From assembly GCF_963921235.1 (NCBI RefSeq), contig NC_086097.1, forward strand, positions 85,190,001 through 85,254,000: a stretch of DNA of 64,000 nt, in the 5' to 3' direction. Position 1 is the first letter of the stretch. Every line of letters begins with the position of its first letter. This stretch comes from Mobula hypostoma (Eukaryota). Shown here one piece after another: positions 1 through 11,879 of this stretch. A model generated the notes under the pieces. The model was not told the DNA's origin. It worked only from the letters and a program-made list of their open reading frames with translations, and made no database searches. The position numbers were made by a program, and so were the translations under genes.

Positions 1-369
1 CTATGGCCTTGGAAGTCTTAATCAATCAGAGAGTCTCTTTAACTCCAGTTATGTTCTTAAACTCGAATCATGTCTCCAGAATGGCATAGTGTTGAAAAGA
101 TTAGTACCATGCAGTCCATTTCTGATTTTGCCCGGAGTAAATTATGTTAGCTATTTTTAAGGATAAAAACATGCCATTCACAAAGTTAGATCAGACGTTT
201 GCATTCCTGATCTGTGCTTGCATGTGTGACCTTTTCTTGCCCTCACTGAATGATGCTGCTATTTGCAAAAATACATCTTTTATCTGTGAAAAGCTTCACG
301 CTGCAAGCATCACAGAACAGTCTCCCTCAAACTGGATCATACAGATTGCCATAAATAGCTATGAGGTGC

Positions 370-960
370 AAAATTAATAAAGAATGCAACAGAAGGGAAA
401 ATGCAGAGTTCATGGGTTTATGGACTGTTTAGAATTATGATGGCAGAGGGGAAGTTGATATTGTTGAGCTGTTGAGCCTGCATCTTCAGGCCCCTGTATT
501 ACCTTCCTGATGGTAGTAATGACAAGAGGGCATGGTCTGGATGATGATGGTCCTATGTGGTGGATGCAGCTTTCTTAAAGCACCACCTCTGAAAGGTGAC
601 CTCAATGGTTGTAAGGACGGTGCCCATGTTGGAGCTGGTCGAGTCTACAGTCCTCTGCCTCTGTGGCCTCTTGCAATCCCATGCATTGGATCCTCCAAAC
701 CAGGCTGTGATGCAACTAGTCAGGATGCTCTCCACTGTACATCTATAGAAATTTGCAAGAATTCTTTGTTAACATACCAAATCTCCTCAAACTCCTAAAG
801 AAGTAGAGATACTGGAATGCCCCTCCATGATTGCATCAACATTTTGGGCCCAGGATAGATCCTCCGATCCTTCACGGTGATACCTGGGAACTAAAGTCTG
901 CTCACATTCTCCACCACACTGACCCCTCAGAGAAGACCATTGTATATTGTCCCATTTTCC
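370..960 (-). mobile_element. Degraded 3' fragment of a Rex1/L2-like LINE
   Basis: Minus-strand peptide ESILTSCITAWFG...KKAAS, typical of the RT C-terminal region also seen at 19226-19642 and 45034. Confidence 0.65.
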
Positions 961-1155
961 ATTATGATATCTGGAAACTAGAAGGATATTGTGCTAGTTT
1001 GTGGCTGTTTAATGGGGGGGAGGGATTGGAGGGAAGAAGATGATCAGCTGGCATCAGAAATTCTGAGTGGGCCACCTTAGAACTCCCCGCGAGCTGCCAA
1101 AACACTTTTTCCCCATTGCATGTGTTATTATCAATAGTGAGTACTTTCTCCTTTG

Positions 1156-1709
1156 TGTGGTTGCGGAGATGCTTGTTAGTCTAGGGGAAGACAGCCTCCG
1201 GCCTGGCCAAACTTGAGAAATCTTGTTTGGGTGGATGCTGTGTGATGTGTTCCCCGTTACAAATCAGTACCACAAAATAATAAACAGTACACGATATGCA
1301 ATTAAATGATTGAACTTTATAATTCTTAATTTGACCATAGGGTTAGTAAAGAAACAAAAAAGGAAAAAGGCCCATTCTCATGAAACAGTCTAAAGTACAG
1401 CCTTGGAGTTCATGATTTTCCCGTCTGTTCGTTCTCCATCAATTTCCCCCAGGTGTTGTCAACTCCCGACCCCATTCCATGTCCACTCTGTTCTGCAGAC
1501 TATGACTTCCCTGTTCGGGCATCTTCTCTCTCCATCTTCCGTCGAACAAAAGACCACAAAACTCTCTCTTGGATACACAAGAAAGAAAAACACCTCCCCT
1601 CATGGGTCAGTGCACATTCCAAAACCCCCATTATCTCTAGTCATAACCCAAACACTGCACTACAGAGAAACCATTCCATTAGCAGTGAAACCTTTCCCAG
1701 GTCATTACA
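1156..1709 (-). mobile_element. Solo LTR (ERV- or Gypsy-type), 554 bp
   Basis: TG...CA termini (TGTGG...TTACA) and a 4 bp TSD TTTG (1152-1155, 1710-1713). Shares blocks such as gtggatgctgtgtgatgt and attaaatgatt with the LTR at 31534-32218. Strand is inferred. Confidence 0.75.
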
Positions 1710-2050
1710 TTTGGATGACACTGCCAGCAATGGCCCATCAGTGGAGATGTGACTGAGGCCTGAGCTGGGCCCTAATGCCAGATCTGCTCTCTCCATAGAG
1801 GTCAACATCACCATGACTCTTAACTCCCTCACCACTGGCCTCTTGATGTCTTCCAGTGTGGCTCCACCACTGTATTTAAGGGAAATCATTTCCACGGCCT
1901 CCAACTCAGTAAGCAACAAGTGGCATTTTGGGCACAGGAATTCTCCAGCCACACTGTACTCCTGACAAGCTCTGTGGCCTCTGATTGCCATGTTGCACTC
2001 CAGAACAAGTAGGTGTAATGTCCATTGTGTCACACTTTGTGACCAAGCCA
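1710..2050 (-). mobile_element. Old CR1 ORF1-like remnant (host of the solo LTR)
   Basis: Minus ORF has an ECNM...CPKC Cys pattern reminiscent of the CR1 ORF1 zinc finger. Confidence 0.35.
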
Positions 2051-2249
2051 TCTCATTCAGTAAATGCGCTCACCATTGGCTGACCCTTCAATTTTGCACA
2101 CAAAGGAAGGCTTCCAGAGAAAGAGCTGCACTTACTATGTATAAAAACAGAAAATACTAAAAACACTTGTCAGGTCAGGTGACATCTAGAAGGAAGAAAA
2201 AGTCAACATTTAAGATCCAGGAATCTTGGCCAGAACTGAAGAAGTGAGT

Positions 2250-2945
2250 TCCATGTACCTATCTGAGAGTCTCTTAAAATACCCTATTGTATCTGCCTCT
2301 ACCACCTTCGCTAGCAGTGCATTCCACTGCCTGTGTGAAAAACTTACCTTTGACTTCCCCCTTGTACCTACTTCCAAGCACCTTAAAACTATGCTGCCTC
2401 GTGTTAGCCATTTCAGCCCTGTGAAAAAGCCTCTGGCTATCTACACGATCAGTGCCTCTCATCATCTTATACATCTTTATTAGGTCATCTCTCATCCTCT
2501 GTCCTCTGTCACTCCAAAGAGAAAAGGTCAATTTCATTCAACCTGTTCTCATAAGGCATTCTCTCCAATCCAGGCAACATCCTTTGTAATCTCTTCTGCA
2601 CTCTCTCTATAGTATCCACATCGTTCCTGTAGTGAGGTGACCAGAAATCAATGGGGGGGGGGGGTCTAACTAAGGTCTTATATAGCTTTAACATTACCTC
2701 ATGGCTCTTGAACTCAGTCCCATGGTTGATGAAGGTCATCACTCCGTACACCTTCTTAACAACACTGTCAACCTGCACAGCAGCTTTGAGTGTCTTAGGG
2801 TCACAGATCCCAAGATCTCGCTGATCCTCCACATTGCCAGAAGTCTTACCATTAATATTATATTCTGTCTTCAAATTTGACCTACTGAAATTAACCACTT
2901 CGCACGATCTGGGTTGAACTTCATCTGCCACTTCTCAGCCCTGTA
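2250..2945 (-). mobile_element. CR1 LINE 3' fragment
   Basis: ORFs 2509-2931 and 2274-2537 carry CR1 ORF2 C-terminal motifs (LYKTLVRP, ERVQKR, MRDDLIKMYK, FFTQ). Confidence 0.85.
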
Positions 2946-2994
2946 TCCCAACGATATATGGTTGGGTTATTATAGTCTCACAATATCATGACTT

Positions 2995-4844
2995 GGCAGT
3001 CAAAGTGAAGGATAATCCAAAGAGCTTTTACAGGTATATTAAGAGCAAAAGGATTGTAAGGGATAAAATTGGTTCTCTTGAAGATCAGAGTGGTCAGCTA
3101 TGTGCGGAACCAAAGGAAATGGGGGAGATCTTAAGTAGGTTTTTTGCGTCTGTGATTACTAAGGAAACTGGCATGAAGTCTATGGAATTAAGGGAAACAA
3201 GTAGTGAGATCATGGAAAGTGTACAGATCGAAAAGGAGGAGGTCCTTGCTGTCTTGAGGAAAATTAAAGTGGATAAATCCCCGGGACCTGACAGGGTGTT
3301 CCCTCGGACCTTGAAGGAGACTAGTGTTGAAATTGCAGGGGCCCTGGCTGAAATATTTAAAATGTCGCTGTCTACAGGTGAGGTGCCGGAGGATTGGAGA
3401 GTGGCTCATGTTGTTCCATTGTTTAAAAAAGGATCGAAAAGTAATCCGGGAAATTATAGGCCAGTAAGTTTAACGTCGGTAGTAGGTAAGTTATTGAAGG
3501 GAGTACTAAGAGACAGAATCTACAAGCATTTGGATAGACTGGGACTTATTAGAGAGAGTCAACATGGCTTTGTGTGTGGTAGGTCATGTTTGACCAATCT
3601 ATTGGAATTTTTCGAGGAGGTTACCAGGAAAGTGGATAAAGGGAAGGCAGTGGATATCGTCTACATGGACTTCAGTAAGACCGTTGACAAGGTCCCGCAT
3701 GGGAGGTTAGTTAGGAAAATTCAGTCGCTAGGTATACATGGAGAGGTGGTAAATTGGATTAGACATTGGCTCGATGGAAGAAGCCAGAGAGTGGTGGTAG
3801 AGAATTGCTTCTCCGAGTGGAGGCCTGTGACTAGTGGTGTGCCACAGGGATCAGTGCTGGGTCCATTGTTATTTGTCATCTATATCAATGATTTGGATGA
3901 TAATGTGGTAAATTGGATCAGCAAGTTTGCTGATGATACAAAGATTGGAGGTGTAGTAGACAGTGAGGAAGGTTTTCAGAGCCTGCAGAGGGACTTGGAC
4001 CAGCTGGAAAAATGGGCTAAAAAATGGCAGATGGAGTTTAATACTGACAAGTGTGAGGCATTGCACATTGGAAGGACAATCCAACGTAGAACATACAGGG
4101 TTAATGGTAAGGCACTGAGGAGTGCAGTGGAACAGAGGGATCTGGGAATACAGATACAACATTCCCTAAAAGTGGCGTCACAGGTAGATAGGGTCGTAAA
4201 GAGAGCTTTTGGTACATTGGCCTTTATTAATCAAAGTATTGAGTATAAGAGCTGGAATGTTATGATGAGGTTGTATAAGGCATTGGTGAGGCCGAATCTG
4301 GAGTATTGTGTTCAGTTTTGGTCACCAGATTACAGGAAGGATATAAATAAGGTTGAAAGAGTGCAGAGAAGGTTTACAAGGATGTTGCCGGGACTTGAGA
4401 AACTCAGTTACAGAGAAAGGTTGAATAGGTTGGGACTTTATTCCCTGGAGCATAGAAGAATGAGGGGATATTTGATAGAGGTATATAAAATTATGATGGG
4501 TATAGATAGAGTGAATGCAAGCAGGCTTTTTCCACTGAGGCAAAGGGAGAAAAAAACCAGAGGAAATGGGTTAAGGGTGAGGGGGGAAAAGTTTAAAGGG
4601 AACATTAGGGGGGGCTTCTTCACACAGAGAGTGGTGGGAGTATGGAATGAGCTGCCAGACGAGGTGGTAAATGCGGGTTCTTTTTTAACATTTAAGAATA
4701 AATTGGACAGATACATGGATGGGAGGTGTATGGAGGGATATGGTCCGTGTGCAGGTCAGTGGGACTAGGCAGAAAATGGTTCGGCACAGCCAAGAAGGGC
4801 CAAAAGGCCTGTTTCTGTGCTGTAGTTTCTATGGTCTATGGTCT
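2995..4844 (+). mobile_element. Young 5'-truncated CR1 LINE with an uninterrupted RT ORF (2993-4768, 591 aa)
   Basis: KSPGPD, NYRPVSLTS, QHGF, GVPQGSVLGP and KFADD motifs; (TCTATGG)n tail; candidate 7 bp TSD ATGACTT at 2988-2994 and 4845-4851. Confidence 0.95.
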
Positions 4845-6499
4845 ATGACTTTACTGGACAGCTCTGTATTTTTTTTTGAAGATCTATTCATCTCCCTGTC
4901 CTACTTACTTCGCCTGTGCGGTTAGATTCTGTTTCAGGTTTTCCTGATGGTTCTGAAAATACTATTTTGTGATGTGGTTCTCTCAGGAAACTTTGGTTCA
5001 GGTATAATTAAGTTCCTTTTCAACACACATCTTTTGGAATGCATTCCCTGAATGTCATTCTTATCTGTGTTTTCTGATGACCTGATCATGAATTAAAAGA
5101 AATGGTTAGAAATGTTGCCTAAAGACAAGATCTACACTCAATCTATTACCTTCTTATTGAAAGTAAATTGGAGCATTCTGCCAAATTCATCTCTATTGTT
5201 CTACGTTATCTGTTTTTATATGCAAGTGAATGAGTAGCTTTCTTGATTTCATGAGCTTGATAATCTGGTCAGATAGATGTATGCATTATCACTGATAAAG
5301 ACTGTTACTGATAAAACTGATTAGTTCAGTCTTCTATGTGCCAAGCCCTCAACGGAGAAAAATCAAACTGCAAGCATCTGAGAAAGGGTCGATGAAGGGT
5401 ATTAATGACTCCATTAAACAGTTCAAAGTCCTGACTAAGCTAAACTCTTTCTAAATAATATTTAGGGTTAGTCTACTTAAAATACATAGTTGCCTGTGAG
5501 GGTATTAAATTATGAGAAAGTTCAGTCGACAATGTTTATTGTTTTACGCAGAAATTTGATCTTTAGTAAACTCGTAGAATTCAGATTTGCCGGGATGTAT
5601 TTTTCTAGAAAGATTGCTGCACTTAATTGATGATTGTAGGACAATTTATTTCTATGTTTGCTAACCTGAATGACTTTCCCATTTTCTCTATAAAATGGTG
5701 ATGGGGTCCTGTTTTATATCCTGACAACCAAGTTTAGCACAGCTCAATATTAAGAGCGTAATAGCTTACCTTGATGTGAAGTTCATTCCTATTCTCAGAG
5801 TTAAGAAATGAAAGAAAAATTTTAAGAGACTAACTATCTAAAACTGCAAGAGTTTTGCCTCAATTATAACTGATCCATTCAAACAGCTAATGGTTACTAA
5901 ATCTAAACTGAATTCAAATGTCTTCAGGTTGCATTAAAGGCAAAGGAATAAATTGAATTTGCTGCTGCTGGTTTATTAGCTGAAACAAAGAGATGTTGCT
6001 AACATCACACTACCAAGCTCCAACAACACCTATAATTCATGCCTCTTTCAGTTTTAGTGTCACCTGGATGTGTTCTCTTTGTCAAAAAGACCAAAAGGTT
6101 TCCTAATGATGGATTTACCCTTTTTTTATATTAGGATTACCATGCCACACTTTTCAAAAAATGTTACTCAGCCGAGAAAAAAACAGAAAATGAGAGGTGG
6201 TCATTTGGATCTCGTTGTCTTCATCATCCTCGCTGGCTTTCACTGGAGTAAGCCAGAATTAGTCCCAGTGCTTCCAATTAGTTAACTGATTAACTCAAAA
6301 GACTGAAGAAGGATCTTCCAAACCTAAAAATACAAATTGCAGCCATTCCTTTGTGACTGCAAATGAATGTCCCATGATGATCATGGTCCCACACTTGTTA
6401 TATTTATATCTGTAATTCAAGAACAGTTAGCAAGGTTCATAGTCTATGTTTTCACCTTTACGCCTTTACATCTAAAGCCTCACCAAGCTTACTGTTAGT

Positions 6500-6725
6500 T
6501 AGATAGATAGATACTTCAATGATCCCAAAGGAAATTACAGTAGCCTTACAAGTGCACAGATATACAAATATACAAATTTTAGAAGTAAAGCAAGAAAAAA
6601 CTAAAGCAAATAGGTTACCTCAAACAGTCTAACAGGAGGGGGTCATCAGTTCCCCGGCTATAGGTTGACTCATTATAGAGCCTAATGGCAAAGGGTAAGA
6701 ATAACCTCATATAGCGCTCTTTGCA
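6500..6725 (-). mobile_element. Short 3' end of a Rex1/L2-like LINE
   Basis: Reverse complement ends gggatcattgaagtatctatctatct, resembling the Rex1-type ggatcaataaagta(tandem) terminus. Confidence 0.5.
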
Positions 6726-6998
6726 AGTCATATTTTAGATTTTCCAGGCATCAAGAGTAATTGTCAAATAATTAAAGTTTAGTACAAAATTATGAAGTAA
6801 AACTTTATGAAACAAGGGTGACCATTTCAGGATATTATACAATGAGAATGGTTAATTTGTACTGAAAATTCTTGTCTTTTTACTGATGGTGAAGATTACA
6901 ACACCTTCCATTATTTAACACCATAAACATATTTCATGGTTTCCAGTTTCACAAGGTGATGATGGTGATCACTGACAGTTTCTTCAACCTCACAAGTA

Positions 6999-7543
6999 CA
7001 CTTAGTGGCCACTTTATTAGATACCTCCTCTACCGAATGAAGTGGCCACTATGCGTTTGTTGATGGTCTGCTGCTGCAGCCCATCCACTTCAAGGTTCAA
7101 CAAGCTCTACGTTCAGAGATGCTCTTCTGCACACCACTGTTGTGACATGTGGTTATTTGAGTTACTGTCTTCTTCCATTCAGGTTGAACCAGTCTGGACA
7201 TTCTCCCCTGACAAGGCATTTTCACCCACAGAACTGATGCTCACTGGATGTGTTTTGTTTTTCGCACCATTATCTGTAAACTCTGTTATGTGTGAAAATC
7301 CCAGGAGATCAGCAGTTTCTGAGATACTCAAACTACCCCACCCGGCACCAACAATCATTTCACAGTCAAAGTCACTGAGATCCATTTCTTCCCCATTCTG
7401 ATATTTGGTCTGAACAACAACTGAACCTCTTGACCATGTCTGTATGCTTTTATTCATTAAGTTGCTGCCACATGATGGGCTGATTAGATATTTACATTAA
7501 CGAACATGTGTACAGGCGTACCTAATATAGTGACAACTGAGTG
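6999..7543 (-). mobile_element. Internally deleted Tc1/mariner DNA transposon
   Basis: Terminal inverted repeats CACTTAGTGGCCACTTTATTAG / CTAATATAGTGACAACTGAGTG flanked by TA. Minus ORF 7179-7457 (DLSDFDCEMIVGA...SISETADLLGFS) resembles a Tc1 transposase N-terminal HTH. Confidence 0.85.
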
Positions 7544-8679
7544 TATAACATTCAGGCAGTTATTTTGGTTACTCCAAGTAGTCAACAAAAAGCAGACAAA
7601 CAGTGGTGCTGATTCGCAAGACCTTAAAGCAACAATCGTTGTTCTGAGACACAGAGGTAGTTAAGTTTCAAAAGTTTATGCAGAGTCTGGGAGGATCAAA
7701 TCACAGAAGGTATGCATCTTGCAGTTCTATAAGAGAAGTGCTCAGGAGATCAAATGTCAACTTTGGAAGCAGAGGAGAGCTAGGCAACACTTCATATGAT
7801 AAGTTATTCTGTAACTGTCTGGATCACAGGCACAGGATGTCAACATTGCCTTCATAACGCTCTACCTCATACCCAGTGAGAATAATCTTCACTGGCCCTT
7901 CAGAAGAAATATTTCTTCTTTATCAGAAAAGGCAATAGGAATTATACGTCGGTGCAGTAAGGAGAGTAAGAAGCAATTTTATTGTTCATAGGCATAAGCT
8001 TTATGTGTCTTCAAAAATAATAGGAATCAAACAGTTAGCCTAATAGTTTAACATTCCATTTTCCATAAATAAAGCTTTGCCCAGAGAGCAGCTTATAACT
8101 TTGGCCAGCATGTGGATGAAAAATGGAAGACAACAGTTGGAAGACCTGCTGTTAAACTCAGCAGAATGTTTGTGATCCTTGCATGGACTGTCTCTTTCAG
8201 CTCCCTGTAAATAACACTCTTCATGAATTTTTGTCCAAAGCTTCAGTACAATAATCTAGAGATCTAGAGGTTTGTTCTTACGAGACAGGGGTTCAAATCC
8301 CATTGTTGTAGCATAGAAATACTGTACGTTCAAGTATTTTAGTAAGTCTGAAATAAAAGTTAGTGTCAGTAATGAAGATCATGTTAGACATAAAAAACTT
8401 ATATGTTTTATCAACACCCTTTGATAAAAGTAATCCGTCATCTGTTACCCGGCAATGGCCATAAGCAACACAAGATTCAGCATTATTGACTTGTAGGTAC
8501 TCTTCAGTTAATAGTCATCTTGGGATGGTCAGCAAATGCCCTGCTACTGACATTCATTGCAAGGATGCATTTTTCAGCTGCATATTTTATAATGTGCATA
8601 ATCTGTGGCAGAATGATTTGTATATTCATTAATCTTGCACGCCAGGTACTGATGAGGAATTTATATTGCACTGCGTAAG

Positions 8680-9910
8680 ACCATAAGACATAGGAGCAGA
8701 ATTAAGCCATTTGGCCCATCAAGTCTGCTCCGCCATTCAATCATGGCTGACCCTTTTTTTTCTCCCCCTCAACCCTATTTCCCAGCTTTCTCCCCGTAAC
8801 CTTTGATGGCATACTGCTAGTGTCTTCCGCAGTGAAGGCTGATGCAAAATACTCATTTAGTTCGATCTGCCATCACCTTGACCCCCGTTATTAATTCTAG
8901 CAGTCCTATATTCACTCTCATCTCTCTTTCATTTTTTACATACTTGAGAAAGCTTTTACTATCCACTTTGATATTATTTGCTCGCTTGCTTTCATCTTTC
9001 ATCTTTTCCCTTCTAATGATTCTTTTAGTTGCTCTCTGTAGGTTTTTAAAAACTCCCCAATCCTCTATCTTCCCAGTAAATTTTGCTTTGATGTATGCCC
9101 TCTATTTTGTTTTTAAAATAGTTTTGACTTTCCTTGTCAGCCACACTTATACAATTTTGCCATTTGAGTATTTCTTCACTTTTGGAATACACATGTCCTG
9201 CACCTTCCTCATTTTTCCCAGAAACTCACACCATTGCTTCTCTGCTGTCATCCCTGCCAGCAGCTCCTTCCAATTTACTTTGGCCAACTCCTCTCTCATA
9301 CCTCTGTAATTCCTTTACTCCACTGAAATTCTGCTACATCAGACTTTACTTTCTCCCTATCAAATTTCAAGTTGAACTCAATCATATTGTGATCACTGAT
9401 TCCAAAGGGTTCTTTTATCTTAAGTTCCCTAATCGCCTCTGGTTCATCACATAACACCCAGTCCAGTATAGCTGATCCCCTAGTAGGCTCAACGACAAAC
9501 TGCTCTAAAAAGCCATCTCTTAGGCAATCAACAAACTCACTCTCTTGAGACCCATTACCAACTTGATTTTCCCAATCAACCTGCATGTTAAAATCTCCCA
9601 TGAGTATCATAACATTGCCCTTTTGACAAGCCTTTTCTATTTCCTATTGTAATCAGTGGTCCACCTCCAGGCCACTGTTGGGAGGCCTGTGTATATCTGC
9701 CATTAGGGTCCTTTTACCCTTGCAGTTTCTTAGCAAAACTCACAAAGATTCAACATCTTCCTACTGATTTGATGCCATTCTTTGCTGGTAGAGCCATGCC
9801 CTCTGCCTACTTTCCTATCCCTCCGATACAACGTGTGAACTTGGACATTCAGCTCCCAACTAAAAACATCCTGCAGGCACGATTCAGTGATGGCCACAAC
9901 ATCATACCTG
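8680..9910 (-). mobile_element. CR1 fragment: 3' UTR joined to the endonuclease region (internal deletion)
   Basis: GDFN, PTRGSAILD and SDHN APE motifs in ORF 9296-9610; CR1 3' UTR at 8680-8810 with the RT region missing. Confidence 0.8.
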
Positions 9911-10860
9911 GCATGTTTATTTCTGAAGTAATGCTTTGTGATTAAACATAGTGAAATTAGTTTGAACCATAGTAAAGTTAAAGTATTTCAGTATTTCAGC
10001 ATTATATAATTGAGAGCGATTTTTTTTTTGCAGAACTAAAATATTTCTTTTATTCACCATGAAGAGATCTAATTGCAGTCTTTGCTGTATTATTGTTCAG
10101 CAATACCTACTAGATTTACGATGCAAGAAGAAAAACCAATAAGACTGTAGTTCAGGTTCTGCTTGGAACCGGCAGATCTCTCCTTCAGAATGATTGATGA
10201 GCTAATAGCTGGAACAGTGCTATGTCTATCACTGTACCAGCAGTTGAACAACCAATGAAGTGTTACATGGTATAATGGGCCACTGTGGTTCTGTTCACTA
10301 CCAGGACATAGTTTTATTGCTCACTTAGAAATAGCTATCCTTAGCGATTATGTAGAGTAAAATGGAGTTATCAGCAGCCATGGAGATGTCATGCATAGAA
10401 GGATTTATTCCAAAGCTTTTAGATCTATTATGAATAATTCCTTGAACCAGAGATGTGCATATAAACGGTGCCTCAAGAGGGCAATGTGAAGGAAGTCCTA
10501 CCACAACGTACTGACCCATCAAGGATGCTACTAAAACTGTCAGTGAGATGTCGTATGCTGGAGTATGCAACCATACTTGAGATTTAGTCTCAGAGATGAT
10601 TTGTTTACTTCATGACACTCCGCAAGCCAAGATGCACCTCAGACAAAATAAAAGAAAAAAAGGCAGCCTCCAGGCACTGAAGGTAGAGTCAGCTGATGCT
10701 GGTGAGGATTCCTCTGCAGGACAGATGATGAATGGGAAGACACTCGATCAAATTGCTGGGAAGAACCAAATATTCCAGCTTAAGTTATGTACCAAACAAT
10801 GCAGGAACAGTTTCAAGTTCCCTACAACATATTGTACACTGTTGATCAATGATGTAACAA

Positions 10861-10938
10861 TCAAGTCAAGTCAAGTTTATTGTCATTTCGACCATAAGCT
10901 GCTGGTACAGTACACAGTAAAAATGAAACAACGTTCCT
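10861..10938 (-). mobile_element. Short 3' tail of the LINE family also seen at 56978
   Basis: (CAAGT)n plus tttattgtcatttcgaccataa...gctggtacagtacacagta, nearly identical to 56978-57050. Confidence 0.6.
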
Positions 10939-11444
10939 GAACAGAGAGTTAATAACCAATTGTTTATGGCCATTCAGTGTATAGCAGTGGTCCATGCAGT
11001 GTCAATGCCATAGGTAGTTACAAAGAATGTTAAAGCAACCGGAACAGGTATTTATTTACTGCCTTTAAAAAAAGTACAATTTGCAGCTTTGGAGTATAAA
11101 AGATGACAAGCATTGCTGCTGTTATTTTTAAGGCTATACCGTATTGCCTTGATCATTTGACCTTTTGCTTTTTTACAGCTGTACATATGTAGCAGCTACA
11201 AATCTCCTAAACCATCTGGTTCAAATTTCTTTTCCTCTTCCTACATTCCACCGATTGAAGTATTGGTGTAAATATCTTCATTAAGCTATTGAATTCTTTA
11301 TTAAATAATGGGGAATAAAATGGGAATTGTGCATTTCTGCACTCAGTAGTTTTATTTTAATCTAATTTAAAGCTTGTTCCCCAGGATCAAGCAGGATGGT
11401 GATCACTGATTGGAGGAATAAGTGCAAAAAAAGGCATAAGATAG

Positions 11445-11735
11445 AGACATGGTAACACAGTGGTTAGTACAATACTTTACAGTATGGGTTCATTTTCCAT
11501 CGCTACCTGTAAGGAGATTGTACATCCTTTCCGTGACTGTGTGGATTTCCTCCAGCTGCCCTGGTTTCCTCCCACAGTCCAAAGATATACCTGTAGGGAG
11601 GTTATTTGGTCATTGTAAATTGTTCCATCATTGAACTAGGATTAAAATTGGGTGGCATGACTCGAAGGACTGCAAAGGCCAATTCCACACTGTATCCCAA
11701 TAAATAACTAAATCAATCAATCAATCAATCAATTA
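11445..11735 (+). mobile_element. tRNA-derived V-SINE (HE1-like)
   Basis: A-box-like gtggttagt, central gtggatttcctccagctgccctggtttcctcccacagtccaaagat block, and an (AATC)n tail. Confidence 0.7.
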
Positions 11736-11879
11736 ATAGCCTTAAGGTGAGCACATGAAGGATTATGTGAGCAATGAAGCACACATGGAAGATTGCAGAG
11801 GAGGGGATTTCAATCAGGTCCATTGTCCAAAGATAAAAGGCAGGAGCCGGTCACGGAAGCATAATAGAGCTTTGACCAG

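Noticed and set aside
4987..5001. 15 nt candidate micro-exon gaaactttggttcag
   Set aside because: Weak pyrimidine tract and donor; no resemblance to known NCX cassette exons.
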